Part shown: positions 10,345 to 19,535 of the stretch, piece after piece
Numbering within the stretch: the stretch's first letter is position 1
How the letters are laid out: every line of letters starts with the position of its first letter
Assembly (NCBI GenBank): GCA_903904735.1
Contig: CAIVDM010000220.1
Span: forward strand, 20,320 to 84,319
Reading direction: 5' to 3'
DNA: 64,000 bases
Source of the DNA: an uncultured delta proteobacterium
Lineage (GTDB): Bacteria; Bdellovibrionota_C; UBA2361; OMII01
Translations under genes and position numbers: made by a program
The notes under the pieces: generated by a model
The model's database searches: none
What the model was told of the DNA's origin: nothing
Seen by the model: only the letters and a program-made list of their open reading frames with translations

Positions 10345-10767
10345 TCAAGAGACCGAGGGAGGTTTTCGAGCTTGGTCAAACAACGCGGTCAGCAAGGGTT
10401 TTTCGCGCGCATCAATCGCGTGCAGTGGGCAAAGAAACTCAAAGGGATGTTCGACTTCAGTTACAAGCACGCGAAATACAACCGATCTGCCGATTTTCTC
10501 CCGAGCGATTGAGATCTCCGTTCCATTGTCCATTTTAGTCTCATAGGCCTCTTTCCCATCATGGGAACGATTAATCCATCCAAGATTCTCTCTCAGCGCT
10601 GTTATCAACAACTTTTCCTGGTCAGGAGAGAGGCGCGTGATATGAGTGCGCGCCCGATCGACCAGAACGCCAAATGAGGCCACCGCTAGACCGGCTAGCC
10701 CCACCGCGAGCGTATCCGTCAATAGCTGTCTGCGGTTCAAGGAATTAGCTGATTGTGTCTGATGCAT
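10345..10767 (-). CDS. hypothetical membrane-anchored/exported protein
   Basis: 140 aa ORF; NRRQLL followed by hydrophobic LAVGLAGLAVASFGVLV. Confidence 0.55.
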   Translation of the reverse strand: MHQTQSANSLNRRQLLTDTLAVGLAGLAVASFGVLVDRARTHITRLSPDQEKLLITALRENLGWINRSHDGKEAYETKMDNGTEISIAREKIGRSVVFRVLVTEVEHPFEFLCPLHAIDAREKPLLTALFDQARKPPSVS

Positions 10768-11167
10768 CGTTATTCAAGTCCTTTGACTATATAAGGGAGA
10801 ACCCATGAGGACACGATGAGACAAGCTGCCGCTTGATAGCACGCGTCTCTGGGTGATCTCGATGTTATGTTGTGTCGTATCAGCGTGGGATCGCCAAGTC
10901 GGTGGAGCTTCTAAGCTCGCGCCAGGCTTCGGTGCCTAGAGGGAGGTACGACGTGACGAGAGTGTACGCCTCCGCTGTTTGGTATTCAAGTGCCGTAGCG
11001 CCACATATTTGATGGCTAATCTTCGCCATGATCCTCACGACGTCGTGCTTCAACTAAAAGCAGAACGAATCACGCGCGTTAATCTTTGACAGGACTCTCT
11101 CATGGCGCGTTTCTGCCACGTTGAGCTCAATTTGGTCGATATGATATCCACTCGCCTGACGCCGCGG

Positions 11168-12427
11168 TCATCCCGCAATCGCCTCTTTGTGGTAGACCTT
11201 CACAGGTTGCTGGAGTCCATTGACCACCTCGGGGGTGATGACCACCTCTTTGATGCCGGAGTTACTCGGCACATCGTACATCACTTCCAACATGCACGAT
11301 TCGATGATCGAGCGTAATCCGCGTGCCCCTGTTTTCTTTTCCAGCGCCTTGATCGCGATAGCGTCCAGCGCGTCTGAGGTAAAGGTAAGCTCCACGCCTT
11401 CCATACCTAAGAGCGCCTGGTACTGCTTGATCAGAGCGTTCTTTGGCTTCGACAGGATCTCGACGAGTGCCACTTTGTCAAGCGGGTCGAGACATGACAC
11501 CACCGGGAGTCTCCCGATGAACTCAGGTATCATTCCAAACTTCAGCAGATCCTCGGTCTCTAATTTAGAAAGGAGGTTATCCTTCTTCTCATTCATCGAA
11601 ACGATATTCTGAGTCGTCCCGAATCCGAGGCTCTTCTTGCCGATACGCTGACCGATCATGCGCTCGACTCCGTCGAACGCTCCACCCACGATAAACAGGA
11701 TGTTAGACGTATCGACCTGAATGAAGTCTTGTTGCGGATGCTTACGACCACCTTTAGGCGGAACGTTCGCTTTGGTTCCCTCGATGATCTTTAAGAGCGC
11801 CTGCTGAACACCCTCGCCCGACACATCACGAGTTACCGATGGAGTGTCGCTCTTGCGCGCGATCTTATCGATCTCGTCGATGTAGACAATCCCACGCTGG
11901 GTCTTTTCAATATCGTAATCCGCCGCTTGCAGAAGATTGACGATGATGTTCTCCACGTCCTCTCCGACGTACCCCGCTTCCGTGAGACTCGTCGCGTCAG
12001 CGATTGTGAACGGCACATCAAGAACACGAGCGAGTGTTTGAGCTAGTAACGTCTTGCCGGAGCCAGTCGGTCCGATGAGCAAGATGTTAGACTTTTGAAG
12101 CTCTACTGTGCTCTTCGCGGTCTTGTTGCTCTGAATTCGCTTGTAGTGGTTGTGCACCGCGACTGAGAGCACCTTTTTGGCGTGATCCTGCCCGATGATA
12201 TAGTCATCGAGCGCGGTCTTTATGTCTTTGGGAGTCGGAACGGCGACACGGGCTGTTTGAACCCCGGCATCCTCAAGCTCCTCAGTGAGGATGTCGTTAC
12301 AAAGGTCTACACATTCATCGCAGATGTAAACCGAGGGACCCGCCACGAGCTTACGCACCTCATCCTGCGTTTTACCGCAGAAAGAGCAAATTAAGTTACC
12401 GCCGCCTTTACCGTTATCCTTTGCCAT
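11168..12427 (-). CDS. clpX: ATP-dependent Clp protease ATP-binding subunit ClpX (orphan second copy)
   Basis: CSFCGK...ICDEC zinc-binding domain, [31 protein letters not shown] loop, GARGLR. Confidence 0.95.
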   Translation of the reverse strand: MAKDNGKGGGNLICSFCGKTQDEVRKLVAGPSVYICDECVDLCNDILTEELEDAGVQTARVAVPTPKDIKTALDDYIIGQDHAKKVLSVAVHNHYKRIQSNKTAKSTVELQKSNILLIGPTGSGKTLLAQTLARVLDVPFTIADATSLTEAGYVGEDVENIIVNLLQAADYDIEKTQRGIVYIDEIDKIARKSDTPSVTRDVSGEGVQQALLKIIEGTKANVPPKGGRKHPQQDFIQVDTSNILFIVGGAFDGVERMIGQRIGKKSLGFGTTQNIVSMNEKKDNLLSKLETEDLLKFGMIPEFIGRLPVVSCLDPLDKVALVEILSKPKNALIKQYQALLGMEGVELTFTSDALDAIAIKALEKKTGARGLRSIIESCMLEVMYDVPSNSGIKEVVITPEVVNGLQQPVKVYHKEAIAG

Positions 12428-12555
12428 GGCTGTATCCCTTCAAAAACTATAAGGAAAAACCTCTTAATACATAAGATGCGCGAACCCCTGAATTGGATTG
12501 CGTCTATGTACACTGAGGAGGCGCGGAACGTTAGGCGTAAACTCCCTTACATTCA

Positions 12556-12582
12556 TGGTCGGACGTTTTCCAGATTACTTTA
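12556..12582 (-). promoter_or_regulatory. putative sigma28-type promoter of orphan clpX
   Basis: minus strand CTAAAG with TAAA-N15-TCCGACCA, 128 nt upstream of the clpX start. Confidence 0.4.
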
Positions 12583-12911
12583 GAAACCGTGCTTCTTACG
12601 TAGACCCTTTGATGAGCCGAGAGCTCACAGTCCTCACATATCCTCTGGTAGTCACCGAGCCCAAGGGCAACCGTTTGAATCGACTACTTTATCTAGTTCA
12701 CGCGTGTTCCGCCTGTTCGCTGTCGCGCAAGTCACAAGGGTGCGTTTTCCGACATTTTGGATGGCACGACAGAGGCCAATGGTATCTAATACGGGGGTTA
12801 GCTCAACGAATGCTCATCATGTCGCGACCCGCCAACCCGCAATACGGTTGTCTGGAAGCTTATTGAATCTCCACTAGAAAATGAAGCATCTTGGTTGAAG
12901 CCGGAGGAACT

Positions 12912-13184
12912 ATGGAAAAATTCAAAATCAATGACCGCGTTCGTAGATTGCCGTACACGATCACTTTGCCGAAGGATGGCTCAGCCTCATTAGACAGCGT
13001 TGACGGTGAGGTGGAGACAACTACGTTTTCGACTCGCGGGTGCATCGGAACGGTAAAAGCTCTGCGAGAGGAAACCACGTTGGCTCAGCAAGAATCGCGA
13101 GCGCGCTCTGTCATGGTGCAGGTATTGTGGGATACTGGCACTCTCTCGTACCACGGACCTGAGTCCTTAGAGCAAGCGCGCTAA
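12912..13184 (+). CDS. small hypothetical protein, possible SH3-like beta-barrel
   Basis: GGAGG RBS before ATG 12912; FKINDRVRR...GTVKA...VQVLWDTG...ESLE pattern. Confidence 0.65.
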   Translation: MEKFKINDRVRRLPYTITLPKDGSASLDSVDGEVETTTFSTRGCIGTVKALREETTLAQQESRARSVMVQVLWDTGTLSYHGPESLEQAR

Positions 13185-13460
13185 ACCATCCGCGCCGCTC
13201 CATCAACGTATTCATTAACCTCGATAGCGTAGTTTCGTGTAACTATTCACGGACGCACGCAACGCGCACCCTCTGTACAGGGCGTGGCCGCGGGCAACGT
13301 CGCGGTAGTACCACGATATGGCGCCCCTCACGAGCACATCCCGATTAGGTGCTGGTGCTAATGATCCCCCGCTAAACGGCAGTTTTAGTTAGCATATGTC
13401 CTATCACGACATTGGAGATCACGGGGATAGTTACCAGCTTTTAGTAATTGTCGGACGAGT

Positions 13461-14060
13461 TTACTGTTTACGAGTTGTGAATCTCGGCTCGCGCCCTTCT
13501 ATCAGTCGCTGAAGGTTCTCGCGATGACGATACACCAACAGCACGGCTATGCATGCCTCGGCCACTACGACATGGTTCGGGAGATTAACCGCCATAGCAT
13601 ACGCGGGAACCGCGAGCGTCGCGCAGATTGACGAGAGGGAAACTATCCTCTTCGCGACGAACATGCCGATGAAGACCACCAGAGCCACGACCCCGGTTTG
13701 AGCCGCGAGCACCAGGATAACCCCCAGCGCTGTCGCTACCCCCTTTCCTCCCTTAAGGTACGGCGGCACCGAGAAACAATGCCCCGCCACCACCGTAATG
13801 GCGCACAGCGCCACAAAGAGAGGGCTCCCCGAAAGGCCACTCGCGGCCGCGACACCAAAGGCGCCTTTAAACATATCTATGAGGAGCGTTACAACTCCCG
13901 CCCTCTTCCCCACAACGCGCGACACGTTCGTCGCTCCGACATTTCCGCTGCCCACAGCGGTGATGTCCACTCCGTGTATTCGAGCCATTAGATATCCGGT
14001 GGGAAAAGCTCCCAGCAGGTAAAACGGAACAAGCGCAAGCCCTACCAACACACTTGTCAT
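13461..14060 (-). CDS. plsY: glycerol-3-phosphate 1-O-acyltransferase
   Basis: YLLGAFPTG, GSGNVGATNVSR, KGGKGVATALG, RHRENLQRLIEGRE; start overlaps the rpe stop (ATGA). Confidence 0.93.
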   Translation of the reverse strand: MTSVLVGLALVPFYLLGAFPTGYLMARIHGVDITAVGSGNVGATNVSRVVGKRAGVVTLLIDMFKGAFGVAAASGLSGSPLFVALCAITVVAGHCFSVPPYLKGGKGVATALGVILVLAAQTGVVALVVFIGMFVAKRIVSLSSICATLAVPAYAMAVNLPNHVVVAEACIAVLLVYRHRENLQRLIEGREPRFTTRKQ

Positions 14061-14722
14061 CCGCGTACCTTCTTAATCGCGTCGGCCCGGTCCGCCGCGC
14101 CGAAAATGTAGGATCCTGCCACGAACGCGGAAGCTCCCGCGACTCGACAAAGCGCCGCTGTCTCATGATTTATTCCGCCGTCGACTTCGATAATCGGACC
14201 CGTCGTTGAAATAGTCGCTATTCTTTGGGCTAACTGCCGTATCTTACCGAGTGAGCTTGGAATAAACGGCTGCCCGCCCCACCCTGGATTCACTGTCATA
14301 ACGAGGACGAGGTCGCACACCTCAAGCACGTCAAATATCGCTTCAATCGGAGTGCCAGGATTGATAGCCACTCCATTTTTCATACCGAGCGATGAAATCG
14401 CGGTCAAGGAACGATAGAGGTGGGGGCATGTTTCCTGGTGAACGATAAGCCGGTCTGCGCCTGCGTGTTTGAAAGCCTCAAAATGCCGCTCTGGTTCAGT
14501 AATCATGAGGTGGACATCAAGGAAAAGAGATGTCGAGGAGCGCAGGGATTGCACTACGTTAGCGCCAAACGTGATCGGGGGCACAAATGAGCCATCCATA
14601 ACATCGACATGAAGCCAATCGGCGCCCGCCTTCTCTACACTTTCGACCTCTCGCCGAAGGCTGCCGATATCAGCCGCTAAGATCGAGGGCGCCACTACAA
14701 CCTGTGAACTTGAAGTTTCCAT
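14057..14722 (-). CDS. rpe: ribulose-phosphate 3-epimerase
   Basis: APSILAAD, HVDVMDG.FVP.ITFG, DVHLM, MTVNPGWGGQ, EVDGGI; start reset to ATG 14722 (METSSSQ). Confidence 0.93.
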   Translation of the reverse strand: METSSSQVVVAPSILAADIGSLRREVESVEKAGADWLHVDVMDGSFVPPITFGANVVQSLRSSTSLFLDVHLMITEPERHFEAFKHAGADRLIVHQETCPHLYRSLTAISSLGMKNGVAINPGTPIEAIFDVLEVCDLVLVMTVNPGWGGQPFIPSSLGKIRQLAQRIATISTTGPIIEVDGGINHETAALCRVAGASAFVAGSYIFGAADRADAIKKVRG

Positions 14723-14880
14723 ATCTGGTCTGACTGTACCGCATCTTTTCGAGCATGCCATCCCCCTCCAGGGCACTTGGAATGAAACCTGCATCCACCT
14801 TTGAGAGCGCCATCGGATGGCTCTCAATTTTGACCCTTCTGAATGAGGGGTCAGTAACTAACTCAAGGAGAGTTAAGGCC

Positions 14881-15867
14881 ATGGAAACGGTTCAAAACAC
14901 TACTCAAACTCCATCGACGCAGGGGATTCCAGCCTCTACGCCTCAGTCCAAGCCCGCCGCTACTGGCGGGGAATTTGACCAGACTCTAAAGGCATTCATA
15001 GCCCCCAATGAGGGCAACAAAGTCAGCGAAGAGGAATTATTTTCCGCCCTCGTACAAGAACGCATAAAGAAGACCCAGGGAGATGGCGCGCTGGGAGAGT
15101 TCACCACGGTTCTCAACAGTTGCAAGTCTCGTATGCGCAAGGCCGATGGGTACGTGCCGGTTGAGGAAGCCACAAAGCAAGCGCTCATTGAGTTCAAAGA
15201 AGCAAAGAAGATCTCACAGGAAGAGGTTGATAAGATTTATTCAGAAAGCTTCGCGGCGGCGCAACTCGACGAGAATAAGGAAGCGCTCTTTGATGGGCGA
15301 GGTGGCGCAAACGATCCAACTATCGCCGTGGCGTCCATGGAGCAAGCTCTGCTTCTCAGCCGAGCGAAGATAGAGAGTTTCGACAGTGGAACAGCGAAAG
15401 CTGATATTCGCTCCATTTCAGAGGCTGCCACGGGCAAAGCTGTCGGCACTGCTGGGTCCGAAGCAGTGACAGGCACGGATGCGGGATTCCTCTTTAAACC
15501 AACTTCTGAGAGCGATGGTAAATTGGTTGTACTCCTACCCGCTCGGCTTACCGGGCTGGTGAGTGGACTGTCGCTTATTGGACCCGACGGACAGGTTCTT
15601 GAGTCAGGACGTTATAGAGGAGTTGGCAACGGTGGTAGAGAGCACTTCCGCTTCTCGAAGCCTGGCGGCCAGTATCCGAACGGATCGACAGTGCAGGCGA
15701 AGTTAGTTACTGGAGAGATCGTCAGATACCTCATCAGCAACACATCACAGCGTACGGAAAACACGGCTGCCACAGGAGAGGGAGACGCTACTCGGTCCAG
15801 TACCGGGCCCTCGAGTACTAGCGGAACCAATCCTCCGTCGAGCTCAAAAACAAACGCTTCCCTTTAG
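14881..15867 (+). CDS. hypothetical protein (S/T/Q/P-rich ends, helical middle, C-terminal beta domain)
   Basis: AAGGAG RBS then ATG 14881; no signal peptide; GFLFKPTSESDGKLVVLLP and GNGGREHFRFSKPG motifs. Confidence 0.7.
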   Translation: METVQNTTQTPSTQGIPASTPQSKPAATGGEFDQTLKAFIAPNEGNKVSEEELFSALVQERIKKTQGDGALGEFTTVLNSCKSRMRKADGYVPVEEATKQALIEFKEAKKISQEEVDKIYSESFAAAQLDENKEALFDGRGGANDPTIAVASMEQALLLSRAKIESFDSGTAKADIRSISEAATGKAVGTAGSEAVTGTDAGFLFKPTSESDGKLVVLLPARLTGLVSGLSLIGPDGQVLESGRYRGVGNGGREHFRFSKPGGQYPNGSTVQAKLVTGEIVRYLISNTSQRTENTAATGEGDATRSSTGPSSTSGTNPPSSSKTNASL

Positions 15868-15929
15868 CGCACCACTGTTTTAGAAGACCATAAAGGCTCG
15901 TCGCACGAACGACGTTTGCTATTATCTCG

Positions 15930-15957
15930 TAAAGCTATCCCGTTGCTCTTCCGATCC
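15930..15957 (+). promoter_or_regulatory. putative sigma28-type promoter of motAB
   Basis: TAAAG at -35, TAAA-N16-TCCGATCC, 29 nt upstream of the motA ATG with AGGAGG RBS. Confidence 0.45.
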
Positions 15958-15986
15958 CACTTATGAGCTTATAGGAGGCAGCACTC

Positions 15987-16847
15987 ATGGGAGTAATTCT
16001 CGGAGTCATCGGAGTATTAGGAAGCGTACTGATCGGATTCGTCGGTCCCGGCGGTCCCGTGGCCGTTCTGTTGCAGCCTTACGAGTTCCTTGTAATCGCG
16101 GGTGGTATCGGCTTCACCGTACTCATTTCTCAGCCGGGATCGGTGCTGAAGGCGATTACACCGGGGCTGATTGGCGCCATTAAAGGTAGCGGCGTTAGCA
16201 AAGCACTCTACAAAGATCTACTCGGCCTGATGGGGATCGTATTCGATACGATGCGACGCGAGGGAGTGCTCGGTATTGAAGGTGACATCTCTAATCCCCA
16301 TCAAAGCGCGAAGTTCAATAAGTATCCACTCGCCGCTCACAATCACCATATTATGGACACATTCTGTAGCGCGCTTCGTCTCTTTGTCGATGGTGTCGTG
16401 AACGCGTTTGAGCTCGATCGCCTGCTCGATTCCGAGATCGAGACACATCATGAGGAGGCTCTACTCGCCCCAACCGCGGTAAAGACTATGGCGGACTCCT
16501 TTCCAGCGATGGGAATCGTGGCGGCGGTTCTTGGAATTATTATTACGATGCAATATCTCGATGGACCACCAACGGAGATCGGACACCACGTCGGAGCCGC
16601 TCTTGTAGGAACCATGTTAGGAATCTTTCTTTCATACGGGCTCGTGGGGCCAGTCGGGACGAAGATGGAGCACAACGTGCGAGACATCACTAACTTGCTC
16701 AAGTGCGTTAAGGCGGGACTTGTGTCGTTCGCTGGAGGAGCGCCACCGTCCGTAGCTCTTGAGTTCGCCCGGAAAACTATCCCAAGCGCGTTTCGACCAA
16801 CCTCAGAAGAGCTAGAAGAGATCATCAAGGAAAGCAAGAAGAAGTAA
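15987..16847 (+). CDS. motA: flagellar-type stator subunit MotA
   Basis: LQPYEFLVIAGG, RREGVLGIE, LRL...FELDRLLDSEIETHHEE, FPAMGIVAAVLG, AALVGTMLGIFLSYG. Confidence 0.92.
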   Translation: MGVILGVIGVLGSVLIGFVGPGGPVAVLLQPYEFLVIAGGIGFTVLISQPGSVLKAITPGLIGAIKGSGVSKALYKDLLGLMGIVFDTMRREGVLGIEGDISNPHQSAKFNKYPLAAHNHHIMDTFCSALRLFVDGVVNAFELDRLLDSEIETHHEEALLAPTAVKTMADSFPAMGIVAAVLGIIITMQYLDGPPTEIGHHVGAALVGTMLGIFLSYGLVGPVGTKMEHNVRDITNLLKCVKAGLVSFAGGAPPSVALEFARKTIPSAFRPTSEELEEIIKESKKK

Positions 16848-16867
16848 CGTGAACACGGCACAACTAG

Positions 16868-18124
16868 ATGGCAGACGACAAGAAAGAGGCCAAACCCGCG
16901 ATAATCGTAAAGAAGGGCGGCCATGGAGGAAGCCATGGAGGCGCCTGGAAGATCGCGTACGCCGACTTCACCACGGCGATGATGTGTTTCTTTCTTTGTA
17001 TGTGGCTGATCAACACGGCCTCTGTGACGACGCGACAAGCGATAGCGTCGTATTTCCGTAAGCCTTCGATCTTCCAAGAAGGCAGTGGTCAGCCACTTCT
17101 GCTCGGCGGTCAGGGTATCCTCTCTGATGCGTATATGCCTCCGCGAGAACGAGACCCCCGCAAACTCAAGGACCCGAGCGAGGATCAAAAGACATACGGC
17201 GAGACATCACAGGATCTCGATAAACTTTATATTCAAGAGGCGAAAGTAGAACCCAAGAAACACAAGGGGCCAACAGAGGTAACGGGTCTGAATTCCCAGA
17301 ACAAGCAGATAGAGGAATCCCGAAAGGAGATCAAACTCCGCATAATCGCTCAGGAGACACAACGCCAGATCGAACGGCTCACGAACTCGGCGGCGGCTAC
17401 CACGAAGGAGCTTGGCAAGCTTGAGATGAAGGTCGAACCAGATGGTCTAAAAATAGAGATCATGGACACCGACAAATACTCTATGTTCGACAGTGGCAGC
17501 GCGAAGATACGCAAAGACGCGGAGCCCGCGTTTCGTCAGATTACAGATATTATCAGGCGATATCCAAACACTCTTGAGGTTTACGGTCACACCGACTCGC
17601 AGCCCTTCCCTTCCCGCACCGGCGGATACACGAACTGGGAACTGTCAGCGGACCGAGCGAACGCCGCCCGTCGTCTCATCGTAGCCCAAGGCTACCAGGG
17701 AGACAAAATTCAAAGTGTGACCGGCAAAGCTTCCACTGAGCCCCGCAACCCGAGCAATCCAATTGACCCATCGAATCGCAGAATTACGCTTAAACTAAAA
17801 TTTGACCTCTCTTCTGAACTCTTAAAAACGGAAACTCCTGAGCCCGTGTCAACCGATCCACTCAAGGAGTTACTCTTCTCTAAGGAGGCCCAACAACAAC
17901 TCGTGGAACCAACTCCTCCGCAGTCAGTTGAGTCGCCAACATCAGGCCTTCCAGAGGCGCGCGGACCGGAAGCACCCGAAGTCACCTCTCTCGCGAAGGG
18001 CACCCCGCAAGTACGACTCCCTGAGCAAGTGCCACCCACAGGCAATCCGGATTATATGCCAGATAATAAGGTTTTCGGAGATAGCCCTGTCGTAGGCGCC
18101 AGGGATATCCTCAGCACGAGGTGA
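16868..18124 (+). CDS. motB: flagellar-type stator subunit MotB with Pro-rich C-terminal extension
   Basis: HGGAWKIAYADFTTAMMCFFL (proton-binding Asp), OmpA-like GHTD, NWELSADRANAARR, NRRI. Confidence 0.92.
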   Translation: MADDKKEAKPAIIVKKGGHGGSHGGAWKIAYADFTTAMMCFFLCMWLINTASVTTRQAIASYFRKPSIFQEGSGQPLLLGGQGILSDAYMPPRERDPRKLKDPSEDQKTYGETSQDLDKLYIQEAKVEPKKHKGPTEVTGLNSQNKQIEESRKEIKLRIIAQETQRQIERLTNSAAATTKELGKLEMKVEPDGLKIEIMDTDKYSMFDSGSAKIRKDAEPAFRQITDIIRRYPNTLEVYGHTDSQPFPSRTGGYTNWELSADRANAARRLIVAQGYQGDKIQSVTGKASTEPRNPSNPIDPSNRRITLKLKFDLSSELLKTETPEPVSTDPLKELLFSKEAQQQLVEPTPPQSVESPTSGLPEARGPEAPEVTSLAKGTPQVRLPEQVPPTGNPDYMPDNKVFGDSPVVGARDILSTR

Positions 18125-18380
18125 TTCCAGTTCGTATAGAACTCTGCCAAGCCGCTCCTATGCGAGCACAAGGCGGAGCTAGAAGCTCCGCGCTCGTTAA
18201 GAGCCGACAACACTAGACATTCACCAGCCCAATCGCCACACGGACCGCGGAGCTTCCAGCTCCGCTCTTCGCTACAGTCAAGCTCGGTGACGTGGTTCGT
18301 TGCCTTGCGCGCCTGCAACATTTATTTCGGGAACGACTTGTTCGGTGACAGCACTCCCTCATGCCCTGTATAGTGCCGAC

Positions 18381-18752
18381 ATGAAGGATAAACTAGCGGT
18401 AGCAGCGTGCATCTCCATGGCTCTTGCGGTTGGATGCGGCGCCTTTGGCGCGCACGCGCTTCAAGACACACTCTCCGAAAAGGACTTAGCTATCTGGCAC
18501 ACCGCCGTTCTCTATCAAATGGTTCACTCACTAGCGGCTCTTATCGTTACTACCTTCGAGCGAGATGGCAGAAAGACAACTCGACTAGCAGCTCTTTTTC
18601 TACTCTCCACTACTGTGTTCTCAGGCTCTCTCTATCTCCTCGTGCTGCTAAACCAGCGTTGGATGGGCGCGATAACTCCCCTTGGAGGCACCGGATTTAT
18701 CATCTCCTGGCTGCTATTCGCCCGTCTGTTGATGAGAACAAACCGATTATAA
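18381..18752 (+). CDS. DUF423 (YgdD/TMEM256) small membrane protein
   Basis: GAFGAHAL, TAVLYQMVH, FSGSLY, GAITPLGG; start reset to ATG 18381. Confidence 0.88.
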   Translation: MKDKLAVAACISMALAVGCGAFGAHALQDTLSEKDLAIWHTAVLYQMVHSLAALIVTTFERDGRKTTRLAALFLLSTTVFSGSLYLLVLLNQRWMGAITPLGGTGFIISWLLFARLLMRTNRL

Positions 18753-18840
18753 TCATGAGCAGGCCAAAGGAACCGATACGCCCCGGTCTCGCATCTTAAA
18801 GCTCACACAGTCTTGCGTCTCACCACTTTCGGTACATTCG

Positions 18841-19416
18841 ATGAAACGTCTCGTCATCTTATTGCTCGTGACCATGATCACCTCCTGTGGTGGGGGCGGT
18901 GGCGGTGGTAGCAGCGACACCAATTTCGCAGGGAATCTCTCGCTTGATCTTGAGAGAGACAACCTCGACTCAGGCGACCTCACCCAAGTTAAAATTGAGG
19001 TGCGAGATCTCAATGAAAACGGCGCAATCCTTAAGATCAGATCCTCCACTTCTTTGCGATACGTGCGAAACACGGCAGTTCTCTTTCCTGACCGAGACGA
19101 GGAGCTACGAGTATCTCCGAGCACAGATCAAGCGACGGACAATGAGCGCTACCTAGTCTTTTTCCTCTCTCCAGAAGATGCAATCGGAGGAAATTACGTT
19201 CAGCTCGAGTTCACGATGAAGGCGACAAAGGGTGACGACGACGCGTTCATCGAGCTCGACCTCGACAATAATGACGCGAACATTCCTGACTCAAAGGAGT
19301 TTTCTATCACGAGCCCACGGTTCTCCGCCGTAGTTGAGCGAGGCTTGTATATCGCCCGTGACGCGTCGGAACCCACTCCCACCCCGGAACCATCGGGAAC
19401 GGGGACGACAAACTAG
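18841..19416 (+). CDS. hypothetical lipoprotein
   Basis: MKRLVILLLVTMITS-C lipobox followed by poly-Gly tether; PT-rich tail. Confidence 0.75.
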   Translation: MKRLVILLLVTMITSCGGGGGGGSSDTNFAGNLSLDLERDNLDSGDLTQVKIEVRDLNENGAILKIRSSTSLRYVRNTAVLFPDRDEELRVSPSTDQATDNERYLVFFLSPEDAIGGNYVQLEFTMKATKGDDDAFIELDLDNNDANIPDSKEFSITSPRFSAVVERGLYIARDASEPTPTPEPSGTGTTN

Positions 19417-19535
19417 CCTGGCAAGGCACTCTTCGACAGGAGCGACCGTTCGCCATGAACGATGTCAGGCGCTTGAGACCATTCGGTCTTGGAATCGCAG
19501 AGGCACGTGTTCATAAGCTTTTTCAATTCTTCCGA

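Noticed and set aside
13185-13460. Convergent intergenic region with several short inverted repeats
   Set aside because: The stems are short and match no known RNA family I can recognise.
14723-14880. Extended overlapping starts for rpe (14827) and the divergent ORF (14755)
   Set aside because: They would overlap head-to-head; the ATGs at 14722 and 14881 fit homology and RBS better.
15987-18124. motAB as the Zorya anti-phage ZorAB or as ExbBD/TolQR
   Set aside because: The sequences carry canonical flagellar MotA/MotB motifs, with no long ZorA tail and no zorC/D/E neighbours.
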